From Eledone cirrhosa (Eukaryota), in assembly GCA_964016885.1 (NCBI GenBank), contig OZ024756.1, positions 7,006,001 to 7,070,000 on the forward strand: a stretch of 64,000 nt of DNA, written 5' to 3'. The notes under the pieces were generated by a model, which had not been told where the DNA came from, searched no databases, and saw only the letters and a program-made list of their open reading frames with translations. Made by a program: the position numbers and the translations under genes. Shown here in pieces: positions 1 to 11,268 of the stretch (its first letter is position 1; each line of letters opens with the position of its first letter).

Positions 1-68
1 ACAAGAAGGGATGTAATTTATATACATACACATACACATTGATATATATGTATGCGTCTTTACATACA

Positions 69-150
<82 letters not shown>

Positions 151-377
151 CATGCATATATATATGTGTGTTTGTATTATTTGAAACCCTCGTATTTGAT
201 GACAAATGTCCTCTACTAAATAAATGTTGTTCCAAAGTCTACCACACAAGACAGTGAGACTTTAATGAAGTCTTGCTGTGTACATTCTTATGTTTGTCTT
301 AATATCGGGAACACTAAACATTCCAAGCCCCCCCCCCCTTATATTTCTTTTATTGTATCTTTTATTTTTATGTTATT

Positions 378-610
378 TATGGGCATGTGGTTAGAATGTC
401 TCAGATTTTACAAGCGAAACCAAAAGGCAGGAGACCCAGGGATAGACCTCGAGCAAGATAGTTGGATAACATCCAAGAGCTTGGCTAGTCACGCTTGGGG
501 ATCCAGCCGGATCAGGTGGAGAGAGTTGCTTCAGACAGGAACCGCTAGAAGGATTGTTTGAAGACTCTGCCCCCACGAGCCCCCCAGGAATAAGTGGAAG
601 AAGAAGAAAG
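378..610 (+). mobile_element. RTE-like LINE 3' end with (GAA)n tail
   Basis: Reads YGHVVRMSQILQAKPKGRRPRDRPRAR*LDNIQELG*SRLG...ASDRNR*KDCL. Confidence 0.75.
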
Positions 611-2444
611 AGGGAATTAGTTTTAGTTTTAGTTTTGTTATAACCTTCCCTATTTTCAACCCCATTACGTCTGAAAACTGGAATGGCCTCTTAAACAGCT
701 ATTTGGTTCTCTCGAAACCATCTATTGTCAAAATACTTATATAAAAGTGCTTATATATATGTGGAGCTTTCGAAAGAGGTATAACGATGGGTTCTCTAGA
801 GAGAGAGAAAACTAGGCTGCTAGAGTTTTCCACCGGAACAAGACTCTAAGAGTTTTAGTCGTCATAGGCTGACTATAAACTCAGCGTCTATACACTCATA
901 GATTGATCAAATGAGGCTTATCTTTCAACATAGTGCCTGGAAAGTAACAATGCAGATGTTAACAAAAAAAGTTGAAGTTAATACATGAAAGATTTCACAG
1001 CTCTAACATCACTCCTTTAAAGGCTGATCAAGATACTCTCATGGAATGAACAAATGAAGTTTATTTTTCAACATATTCCTGAAAGAATTAATAAGAAGAG
1101 TTGAAATTAATGCATGAAAGATTTCACAGATCTAGAATCATTATTTCATAGTCTGCGTATTAACTTTTCAGTGGATTCGCGTAATTTCACGAGAGATTCT
1201 CCATTGTTGGAAAAAGTGAAACACTCGTCGTCAATATAGACGGAGATCTAAAGTACATTCATTGGTGTAGAATTATTTTCTGTAGTAAATACACGTATTG
1301 GCTCAATGTCAGTATGAAAAAAACACCAACACTATCTATATTATTATTTCATAAACAAATAAGAGAGGTTGTGCTTATTTAAGAAATTAATAATTGATAC
1401 TGTTGGTGATGTTGAAAATATGAAATAAAAAATTATGAACTTTCCAAGATAAAGTGGAAATAAATTGGGAGTTTAGAATTTCATTTGAAATTTGTCCCAC
1501 GGATTAATTATTTCATTTTCGAAACGGTTTCTAATTTAGTTCTTTCAAAACAATTAATTTTAGTTTTGCTTGGAAGAAATATTGCTTCTCCTAGCAAAAA
1601 ATGAAAAGATTCCTGGCTATTTCTAACGTGATATATGAAGACATAGAGTCGGACACCATGCTTTGCAGTTTAGAGTTACGGCCCTTTATATTCTGAGTTC
1701 AAATCCTGCTGAGGTTAGCTTTGCCATTCATCTTTACGGGATTGATAAAATAAAATACCAATAATGCACTGGGGTCGATTTAATCGATTTTCCCCTCTGT
1801 CCCAAATTACTAGCCTTGTGCTCAAATCAGAAATCATTGTTAATACGTTATAACAACAACAACAACATCAACGACGACGACAACAACAACGGCAACAACT
1901 CGGCACATACCCAAGACAAACAGAGCTGTGTTCGGCAATTCAGTGATGACCGGAAATATAAGACAAATAATACGTCTTTCTAACATTAGCACAAGGCCAG
2001 TAATGTAGGGGAAAGGTAACTTTTCCTTTCCACCAGAAAGGGAAGATTATCCATTTCAAATTGGTCAAATATTTATGGGAACGAGGCACGATGTCCACTC
2101 GGTAACGTAACAACAGGGTCGTTAATATTTCAACTCAGAACGTAAAGCGAGGAGCATAAATCACTCAAGGAATGCGGTTTGAAGATCAATAAATACTCAA
2201 TATCTACTTTCCTTGAAGAATGATTATTTTTCCATTTAGGCACAAGGCCAACAATTTTTTGAGAAAGGTGGGGAAGTCGGTTATATTGGCTGCAGTATTT
2301 GGCTGGTACTTATTCAATTGACCCTAGAAAAGATAAAAGGGCAAGCTGACCTCGGTGGGATTCGAACTCATGACGTAAATGTCATAAACAGATATCTCAA
2401 AGTACTTTTTCACCTACTCTACATATTCTGCCAATCCACCAAGC

Positions 2445-3425
2445 TAGTGGGAACTAACTTATGAGAGAGGAAGTTATACACAATATACTATTGTGGGAAC
2501 CAACCCACGCGGGTGTAAGTTATACACGAGATATTATTGTGGGAACCTGCTCACAGGAGACATGTTATACACAAGAAACTATTGTGGGAACCAACTCACG
2601 GGAGAAGAAGTTATACACAAGGCTGTGTGGGAACTAACTCGCGGAAGAGGACGTTATACACAAGAAGCTATCGTGGAAACTGACTCACAGGAGAGTAAGT
2701 TATACACAAGCAACTATTGTGGGAACCGTCTCACAGGAGAATAGGTTATATACAAGATACTATGGTGGGAACCAACTCATGTGGGACACGATTATACACA
2801 AGATACTACTGTGGGAACCAAGTCACGGGGGAGTAGGTTATACACAAGATAGTATTGAGGGAACCAACTCACAGGAGAGTATGTTATACACAAGATAGTA
2901 TTGAGGGAACCAACTCATTGGGGAGGAAGTTGTACACAACATACTATTGTGGGAACCAACTCACGGGATTGTATGTTAAACGTAATATACAGTTGTGGGA
3001 ACTAACTCACGGAAATGGAAGTTATACACAAGAAACTATTGCGGAAACCAACTCAGAGGAGAGTGGGTTATACACAAGATACTATTGTGGGAACCAACTC
3101 CCGGGAGAGTAGATTATACGTAAGATTCTGTTTTGGGAACTAACTCTCGGAAGAGGAAGTTATACACAAGAAACTATTGTGGAAACCAACTCACAGGAGA
3201 GTAGGTTATACACAAGATACTATTGTGGGAACCAACTCCTGGGAGAGTAGGTTATACGTAAGATTCTGTTGTGGGAACTAACTCTCGGAAGAGGAAGTTA
3301 TACACAAGAAACTATTGTGGGAACCAACTCACAGGAGAGCAGGTTATATACAAGAAACTATTGTGGCAACCTGCTCACGGGAGAGGAAGTTATACACAAG
3401 ATACTATTGTGGGAACCAACTCGCG
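2445..3425. repeat. 46-bp minisatellite, about 21 copies
   Basis: Unit GTTATACACAAGATACTATTGTGGGAACCAACTCACAGGAGAGTAG with point variants. Confidence 0.92.
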
Positions 3426-3487
3426 TGATTATTATGATGACGACGACGATAATCAACATAACAGAACATTACGGAATAAAATGTAAT

Positions 3488-3933
3488 ACAGTGTACCCTC
3501 GGTCCCGGTTATTCGCGGAATTTTCCTTAGAACCTAAGTAATAATTGTTCATGGAAACCAGCGCGTATTCGCGGGAATCGTAAATATCTTCCGCGATATG
3601 TTATGGCTTTTTTCGTGGAATTATATTTTTGTCACGTTTTCAAATCCCGTCTAGGTTAACTTTGCATTCATCCTTACGGGGTCGATAAAATAAAGTACCA
3701 GTAATGCACTGGGGTATTTGCTGGCCTTGTGCCAAAATTAGAAACAATTATATTTGTTCACGTTTTTTAACGCTAAATTATTAATAACACTATACCGTAT
3801 TTGCCGGCCTCTATTTTACGTTATGTGTTAACGTTTATAGACAATTTTTGTGAACCACGTCCAATATTCGCGGTTTTTCACTCTTCTCAGGTGATCTAGG
3901 AACGTATCCCCCGAGAATAGCAGAGGACAACTA
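3488..3933. mobile_element. Degenerate pogo/Tigger-like MITE containing a SINE fragment
   Basis: TA-CAGTGTACCCTCG..TATTCGCGG against the reverse complement TAGTTGTCCTCTGCTATTCTCGG. Confidence 0.4.
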
Positions 3934-4346
3934 AATATAGATCGATTATTCGAACATGTTTGCTGTTGTTGAGCATTTGTTGATTGTGGTGATATTAAAA
4001 ATATGATGTAAAAACGTGTAAAAGGTGAACGGATGAGAAACAGGTTAACAATATGATCAAATGAAAAGACGATAGTGTATAGATTTAGGCATAAAAGTGG
4101 AGAACTATTAAAACGACACTATCTCTGATCAAATGATTAACTATCTCTGTCATCTTCACCGACCTGTTACATATACAAGGTGAAGACTTGAGAGATCTAG
4201 CGGAATTAATTATACATAACAGCTCATAAACCTATGGCAATGTTGTTGTGTGTATGTAAACATCCTACCCCTTCCCTGGTGCCAAGCTGTATCGGCCATG
4301 CCTTTCCCTTGCACATCATCATATATAGTGTATATATACTGTATAT

Positions 4347-4530
4347 AATTGTTTCTACGTTTGGCAAAAGGCCAGCAATTACCCAATGCATTACTGGTAC
4401 TTTATTTTATCGACCCCGTAAGGATGAAAGGCAAAGTTAACCTTGGCGGGATTTGAACTCAGAATGGCAAGGACCGTAACTCTATGCTAGAAAGCATGGC
4501 GTCCGACCCTCTACCGATACTGCCAATCAT
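4347..4530 (-). mobile_element. SINE family A
   Basis: Reverse complement of the family; older copies at 1645-1840 (+), 2225-2440 (-), 5370-5525 (-), 32480-32640 (-), 32900-33060 (+), 57480-57610 (+), 58865-59010 (+). Confidence 0.78.
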
Positions 4531-5546
4531 ATAATGTATATATATGAGTTGAGACGTCACTGTTGCCAAGCTACATCGGCCATACCTTTCCATTTGACAT
4601 CATCGGTAGCGTGGAGAGGTTGGTATACATGGCTGACTTCTGGGTCTTCCACAAACTACCTTGCCTGAACTTGTGCCTCGGAGGGAAACTTTCTAGGTGC
4701 AAACCCCCATGGTCATTCGTGACTGAAGGGTGTATTTACCGTTTTACCACAAGCAAATTTATGTCGGTTTCGTTTAGCCCCAGGTCAGTCGGCTTTGGCT
4801 GAGAGGAGCTTTAATCAAAGCCATTCATGGCATCACAGACTCGTTTTTTTTTCTCTAACAATAGTATCCAAAGGACGACATTATCTAATGTGCCCCATTT
4901 GTAAAGATCTAGTTGCTACCTCTTGTTGTTCGAGTGAAACTGTATTTAACTCAAGACTAAGATTTTGTAATGTTTATATGTATATAATTGATCAATTTGG
5001 ATAATTTTCGATTCCTGGACCGGGCGATGCGTTATGACCTTGAGCAAGACACTTTATTTCACGTTGCTCCTTCTAGCTGGAGTTGCAACCGATAGATAGT
5101 ATTAGCAACTGGAAAGACCAATGGAAACATTGTTTTCTCGGTCCGATTGACGAAAGGCAATCGATCCTTTTTGGATAATTACATAATGTTGGTTTTTGTT
5201 GATTTGCTGATAGGCATAGTCAATTGATGTCTACGTAAGTATGGACACGTAACTCTTGATTGAGTCGTATGGAAACAGTCCCGACACTTTAAACCTGGCG
5301 GAGCCCTTCCCCTCATCAGGTCTGACCATCCAGAAAAGGGGAGAGAAATAAAGAAAGAGAGAAAGATTCGACACCAGTACTGGAAGAGCAACTTTTTAAT
5401 TGACCTCGAAAGGGTGAAAAATAAAATTGACCTTGGAGGGATTTGAACTGAGAGAGCGCAGAGTTGGAACGAATACCGCAAGGCATTCTATTCGACGTTC
5501 TAACTAATGTGGCAATTCGCCGCTTTCAATTGATGTTTGTGAAGTA

Positions 5547-6097
5547 CAAGAGGACTTCAAAAAGTTCGTGGATAAAGGACAGCTGGAAAAAACATCATTT
5601 AATTTATGATGTTTATTTTTCAAAATATGCTCCATCTAGGTCAATACATTTCTGCAAGTGTTGATACCAGCCTTTAAGTCCATTTGTGTAAAACTGAGGG
5701 CCACGTGATTTAAACCATGTCAAAGCAGCTTTTTTTACGTCTTCAATTGAGGATCATCTTCAACCTCATCTCTTCCACTTCTAAAACGACTTATCTATTT
5801 CTAGGTTGTTGATTTATTTGGGACATTGTCCCCATAAACTTGCTCCAGGGTTTCAATGGTTTGGCTGCTCTTCCACCCTAGTTTTACCATGAATTTGATG
5901 TTTTGATGGAAGCCATGTTGCTCGAGCGGGTGCTGACTTTCGACTGGTGGTGCCGTGATGAAACATATATTTAAGGGTTCATGTTAGAACATGTTATGAC
6001 ACGTTAGTACGAGAATGTACAGGTGCATTGAGATCAAAATCCCTGCATATCATTTTCAGCTAAGTACTTTATCCACGAACTTTTCGAAGACCCCTCG
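5547..6097. mobile_element. Tc1/mariner-type non-autonomous element
   Basis: TIRs CAAGAGGACTTCAAAAAGTTCGTGGATAAAG and the reverse complement CGAGGGGTCTTCGAAAAGTTCGTGGATAAAG; TA on both sides. Confidence 0.8.
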
Positions 6098-6895
6098 TAT
6101 ATGATAGTAGCATTGTGTTACTTGACTTTGGCAGGATAAAGAGCCACACCACCACCACGACCACCAGGTTTTATACTAAAGGCGGCGATCAAATGAATGC
6201 GCTAAATAATTTAACTGAATGTACTACAAGCTTGACCGACTCATTACTCTGTTTGTATAAAAAGATTAATTTATAGAACCGGCTTGATGAAAGCATTATT
6301 AATACTACAATCTTATACCTGAGGATCAGAATTAGGACGAATATATTACAAAACCTAGTTCCTATTTTAGGCAGAAGGCCAGCAATCTAGAGGAGGATAT
6401 CGCCATTTAACCCTTTAGCATTTACAGCATAGTTACTATTGTATTTTAGTGGTAAAAGCTTATCTCACATAATCATCTCACAGGATTAACTCCCCTGCTA
6501 CAGTTGGTACTCACTCATCTCAGCCGAGTGTACTGGAGCAACATGAAATATAGTGTTTTGCTCAGGAACACCACACAGGATTCGAACCTATGACATTACG
6601 ATCGTACCTCAAGTTTCCTATCCATTAGGCCACACGTCTTTACGCTGTAAGTTAGTGTCACTATTTTACGACTGCGTGTTGTGACCGGAAGCATTATATG
6701 TTTATTTTTGACAAGCTAAATGTTTTCCATGGTCTTCCGAATTACAATTATGCAAGCATGGCTGTGTGGTATAGAAGTCTGATGCACAACCACGTGGTTT
6801 TTGATTCAGCCCAATTGCGTGGCATCTTGGATAGATGTCTGTAGCTACAGGTCACGGGTGAACATTCTCTGCTGTCTGCTGCAGAAGCACAATCG

Positions 6896-6920
<25 letters not shown>

Positions 6921-6926
<6 letters not shown>

Positions 6927-7624
6927 ATAAATTAACGGAGGCATAGGCCGTCGTTATTCCCTGTAAATAATGTGCTCAAAGGGGAAGAGATCCTGAGCCC
7001 TTTAAAATATAATATGTTGAGAAGGTAACACACCAGAGAGAGATATATAGTGCATTATCAATAATACAGGGAAAAAACCACCAGTGTATGGCATCTATAA
7101 CCTATGAAAGGCAGACTATAGACACGATAATTAAAAATATAAATTAAAGCGTAAATAAATACCTCTATAACTATATAACACACGTACATATCCAAAGATA
7201 TGTTTCACCAGAAAATTTGTTGAAAGAAATGGTAGTCTCGGTTCATCAGCGTGTGCAAGGCCATACATTTCAGACAACACTAAGAGAATTTTACAATTGA
7301 CTGTCCAGCTACACGTGGGAGAGAGAAGTCACAGCGTGTTTAAGGGCAGTGAACCAGTGGCCTCTGAGAGACGAACTGCTAGAAAGGGCAGCCCAAAGCC
7401 ACTCAGAGAAGTGTGCTCAACCAAACAGAGATAGGAGAGGCTGTTATTAGGAGCGAAATATCACGATAAATTAACGGAGGCATAGGCCGTCGTTATTCCC
7501 TGTAAATAATGAGCTCAAAGGGGAAGAGATCCTGAGCCCTTTAAAATATAATATGTTGAGAAGGTAACACACCAGAGAGAGATAATGCACTATATATCTC
7601 TCTCTGGTGTGTTACCTTCTCAAC

Positions 7625-7632
<8 letters not shown>
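6921..7632 (-). mobile_element. Non-coding PLE-type / retrozyme-like unit: 539-bp period, about 125-bp direct redundancy, about 50-bp inverted end
   Basis: 6921-7045 repeated at 7460-7584; 7581-7632 is the reverse complement of 7008-7059; (TA)n flanks; internal hammerhead. Confidence 0.8.
7179..7255 (-). ncRNA. Canonical type I hammerhead ribozyme
   Basis: Minus strand CACACG-CTGATGA-ACC..GGT-GAAA-CATATC tttg GATATG-TA-CGTGTG; all three stems pair. Confidence 0.88.
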
Positions 7633-7680
<48 letters not shown>

Positions 7681-7683
<3 letters not shown>

Positions 7684-7875
7684 CGAAGGAAATGTGGTAA
7701 GGAACTAGGTGGACCATAACGCACCAAATAACTCAATACTTAGGGTAGTAGAGTGGGTAATAGGACCGAGTAGGACCCCGACGGCTGAGCTCAAGCCGCT
7801 TCGACGGCTAATTCTGGACTCCAGAATTAGCCGTCGAAATGGCTTGAGCTCAGCCGTCGGGGTCCTACTCGTTCC

Positions 7876-7877
<2 letters not shown>
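7681..7877. mobile_element. Short fold-back family, copy 1 (3' half of a hammerhead + conserved tail)
   Basis: Inverted arms around GACGGCTA..TAGCCGTC; tail GGACCATAACGCACC shared with 25461, 35236, 50070 and 50438. Confidence 0.75.
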
Positions 7878-7956
<79 letters not shown>

Positions 7957-8248
7957 AGTATTTCCGTGGAAAAGGGAAAGGTAGGAAGAGTTCTCTGAAT
8001 GATATAAGACGTTTCTGTTAGAATCGTCTAACTTCCTGAAACCTTGGGTAATGGAATAATTAGATTGTGTTCTTTATTACATAATTATATATTTATATAT
8101 GCATATATATTAAAAAGAATCGGGTCCAGACGGCTGAGCTCTTGTCGTTTCAACAGCTTTTTCCTGGCTGCTAGTCGTCTAGGGTGCAGGTTTTAGGCAC
8201 CAGTCATTTAGTACGCTTAGGTTAGAATTCCACCGCTGCCACAGTATA

Positions 8249-8292
<44 letters not shown>

Positions 8293-8333
8293 CAATATTA
8301 AATAAATGGAAACTATATTTATAAAACCATATT

Positions 8334-8399
8334 TATTTCATTATATATATTTCAGGGATATCATATTAACAATATGCTATGCCTTCCTCAGACAAAATA
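8334..8399 (-). ncRNA. Type I hammerhead ribozyme in inverted pLTR
   Basis: Reverse complement of 8811-8876. Confidence 0.72.
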
Positions 8400-8810
8400 C
8401 AATATAAACAGTTTTATAGATAAATAGATTCGACATACCGTAACAGCATCGACTTGCATTTGAAAAGGTTGATTTGGTAGTGAAAAAATTGTACACAGAG
8501 AGAAAGAAAGAGAGAAAAAAAAATATATATATGTATCTATCTCTATTTCCTCTCTCTCTATATATATATATATCTCTTTCTGTTTCTTTACATGAAGTTC
8601 TTCTCTTTATCTATCTTTCCATCTCTCTATTTTGTTCCATGCATTTCTTCTTTTTCTTCTTTTTCTTCGTTTTCTGTCTTTCTTTCCTTTTTTTTCTCTC
8701 TTTCTTTCTCTCTGTGTACAATTTTTTCACTACCAAATCAACCTTTTCAAATGCAAGTCGATGTTGTTACGGTATGTCGAATCTATTTATCTATAAAACT
8801 GTTTATATTG

Positions 8811-8876
8811 TATTTTGTCTGAGGAAGGCATAGCATATTGTTAATATGATATCCCTGAAATATATATAATGAAATA
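8811..8876 (+). ncRNA. Type I hammerhead ribozyme in 5' pLTR
   Basis: TATTTTGT-CTGAGGA-AGG..CCT-GAAA-TATATA-TA-ATGAAATA; stem I pairs with G-U wobbles. Confidence 0.75.
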
Positions 8877-9054
8877 AATATGGTTTTATAAATATAGTTT
8901 CCATTTATTTAATATTGTAAATATACTCCAAATATTTGTCGAGTGCTTTTATATAAGTTATAAATATTTACTAGTTGTAACCCAACAATTTAAATATAAC
9001 TTTCCATATATCTTGCTCCAATACTGTTGAGCGCTTTATATTATAACTGGAAAA

Positions 9055-11268
9055 ATGGAATTCTTTAAGATTACTTCCTCTTTAAAAGACATACCTCTAC
9101 CTAGAAACAAAGACTTTATAAAACAATTAATAGATAAATCTGACTCTTTTATAAGGAGAATCAGGTGGCGAGCATTCCACTTTGATAAATCTAATACAAA
9201 CGAAAATGTCTCGGACTTAAACAAAGTTTTCAAATCTAAAAGAAATCCACCCCCTAACAAACTTTTATCTGACTTTGAAAACGATATAATTTCTATCATA
9301 CAAGGGGTCAAATTCAAGAGAAACTTCAAAGGCCAGGAATATCTGAAAGGCATTAAGGATAACATTGAGAGCTTAGAGAGAACTGAGAAGATCTTGGTGA
9401 AATCTGACAAGACCAACAACCTCTATGGAGTGCAGAAAGACATGTATAATGGCCTCATACTGAAAGAGCTGAGGAAAAAGTACAAGGTAGCAGATAAGGC
9501 CGAGCTTGAGAAAATGAATGTCGAAGCATCTTGTATAATGCACGAGTTGGAAATTGAGAACAGAACACAACCTTTCGTGCCCAGGAAACCGAAGATCAAT
9601 ATGAAAGATCACAAGCGGAATTTTGAAAATGACCTGCCAGTTAGATTGATCGCACCATCAAAATCGGACCTGGGCAAATTAAGCAAAAACATTCTTGACA
9701 GGGTGATACAAAAAATTAAGAACTTGGATTGTTTATCTAACCTGAGCTTGTGGAAGGGAACTGGAGAGGTTGTTGAGTGGTTTAAGCAAATTAAATATAA
9801 CAATAATAATAAGTTTATTCAACTTGATATAGCTAACTATTATTCTTCTATTACCCCTAATCTACTAAATAAGGCACTAAATTACGCATTCAAACATACT
9901 TACCTAACTAGCAATGAAATGCATATTATATTATCGGCTAGGAAAACTTTGATAGAAGTTAATGACCAACTATGGACCAGAGCAGATAGAGATAGCAATT
10001 TTGACATTACTATGGGATCATCCGACTCAGCCCAGGTAACTGACCTTGTGGGCTTATTTTTAATCAATTCGCTACATAGGAAAATACCCGGTACTACCGG
10101 AGGTTTATATAGAGACGACATGCTTTTACTTATTGATAATAATAACTCTGAACTAAATAGAAAATGTAAACAAATTACACAATTTTTTAATTACTTTAAT
10201 CTTAAAATAGAAATTGAGAACAACCATAGAATAGTCAATTTCCTAGATATAACATTAAATCTCAACACATGTCTTCACTATCCTTTTCACAAGTTGAATG
10301 AAAACTTAAACTATGTAAACTTTAACTCTAACCACCCCAGATCTGTCAAAAACACTATAGTAAACTCTGTTCAAAAGCGTATCTCTAGGATCTCGTCGAA
10401 TAGAAAGATTTTCGACGAAAAAGCCCAATACTACAATGAAGCATTAGCTAGAGCAGGATATGCTGATAAGATTGTGTACATAGATAATGATAGACAAACT
10501 AAACAATGTAACAACTTTTTTAATTACGGCAACATCCTTAACAACTATAATAGAAAGCATTACAATAATTCCAAAGGCCAAAAAAGAAGTAGAACTAGGA
10601 ACATAATTTGGTTTGCCCCCCCTTTCTCACTAAACATTAAAACCCACATCGCTAAACTATTTTTTAAAGCTCTTGATAATCGCTTCCCTAGAACACATAG
10701 ATATCACTCAATTTTCAATAGACATACAATTAAATTAACCTACTCATCCACCAAAAATTTAGTACAAAATATCAATAGAATAAATAATAGGAACTTAAAA
10801 CCTAGTGATAATAGCATAAATAATATACAAGTTAACAAATGTAACTGTAGAGATAGATCTAAATGTCCGTTAAATAACAACTGCTTAGTTAAAAATATAG
10901 TATACAATTGTAATGTTAATACTGACTCTAATTCTTTTAACTACGTCGGTTCCACATCGACGGAATTTAAACTTCGCTATAATAACCACAAGAATTCTTT
11001 CACAGATCCAAGCAAAAAATCTTCAACGGCACTATCAGGCGTACTATGGCAACTTAAGCTAGATAACGTTAGATATTCGACGGCTTGGAATATAGTCTCA
11101 AGAGGGATTCCTTTTAATTCATCCTCTGAGACATGTGACCTCTGCGCAGAGGAGATATTCTTTATACTAAAATCTAAAAATTCCCTTAATCTACGGACAA
11201 ATTTATTCAGTTGTTGCAAACATAGATTAAACTCAACATTTAAATATAAATTTAAATTTAAAATGTAA
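9055..11268 (+). CDS. Penelope-like element polyprotein (reverse transcriptase + C-terminal GIY-YIG endonuclease), Naiad-like, 737 aa, uninterrupted
   Basis: RT motifs KINMKDHK, PVRLI, QLDIANYYSSI, ITMGSSDS, YRDD, NFLDITL; Cys linker CNCRDRSKCPLNNNC; GIY-YIG-like NIVY...NYVGST, FKLRYNNH, CDLCAEE, CCKHR. Naiad assignment is from recalled motif style, not a phylogeny. Confidence 0.93.
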   Translation: MEFFKITSSLKDIPLPRNKDFIKQLIDKSDSFIRRIRWRAFHFDKSNTNENVSDLNKVFKSKRNPPPNKLLSDFENDIISIIQGVKFKRNFKGQEYLKGIKDNIESLERTEKILVKSDKTNNLYGVQKDMYNGLILKELRKKYKVADKAELEKMNVEASCIMHELEIENRTQPFVPRKPKINMKDHKRNFENDLPVRLIAPSKSDLGKLSKNILDRVIQKIKNLDCLSNLSLWKGTGEVVEWFKQIKYNNNNKFIQLDIANYYSSITPNLLNKALNYAFKHTYLTSNEMHIILSARKTLIEVNDQLWTRADRDSNFDITMGSSDSAQVTDLVGLFLINSLHRKIPGTTGGLYRDDMLLLIDNNNSELNRKCKQITQFFNYFNLKIEIENNHRIVNFLDITLNLNTCLHYPFHKLNENLNYVNFNSNHPRSVKNTIVNSVQKRISRISSNRKIFDEKAQYYNEALARAGYADKIVYIDNDRQTKQCNNFFNYGNILNNYNRKHYNNSKGQKRSRTRNIIWFAPPFSLNIKTHIAKLFFKALDNRFPRTHRYHSIFNRHTIKLTYSSTKNLVQNINRINNRNLKPSDNSINNIQVNKCNCRDRSKCPLNNNCLVKNIVYNCNVNTDSNSFNYVGSTSTEFKLRYNNHKNSFTDPSKKSSTALSGVLWQLKLDNVRYSTAWNIVSRGIPFNSSSETCDLCAEEIFFILKSKNSLNLRTNLFSCCKHRLNSTFKYKFKFKM

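Noticed and set aside
2445-3425. CRISPR-like periodicity in the 46-, 42- and 50-bp arrays
   Set aside because: Units are contiguous variants of one sequence with no unique spacers; no cas genes; eukaryotic context
9055-11268. Selenocysteine recoding as reported for some Naiad elements
   Set aside because: The ORF is uninterrupted and the conserved Cys sites use Cys codons; no in-frame TGA is needed
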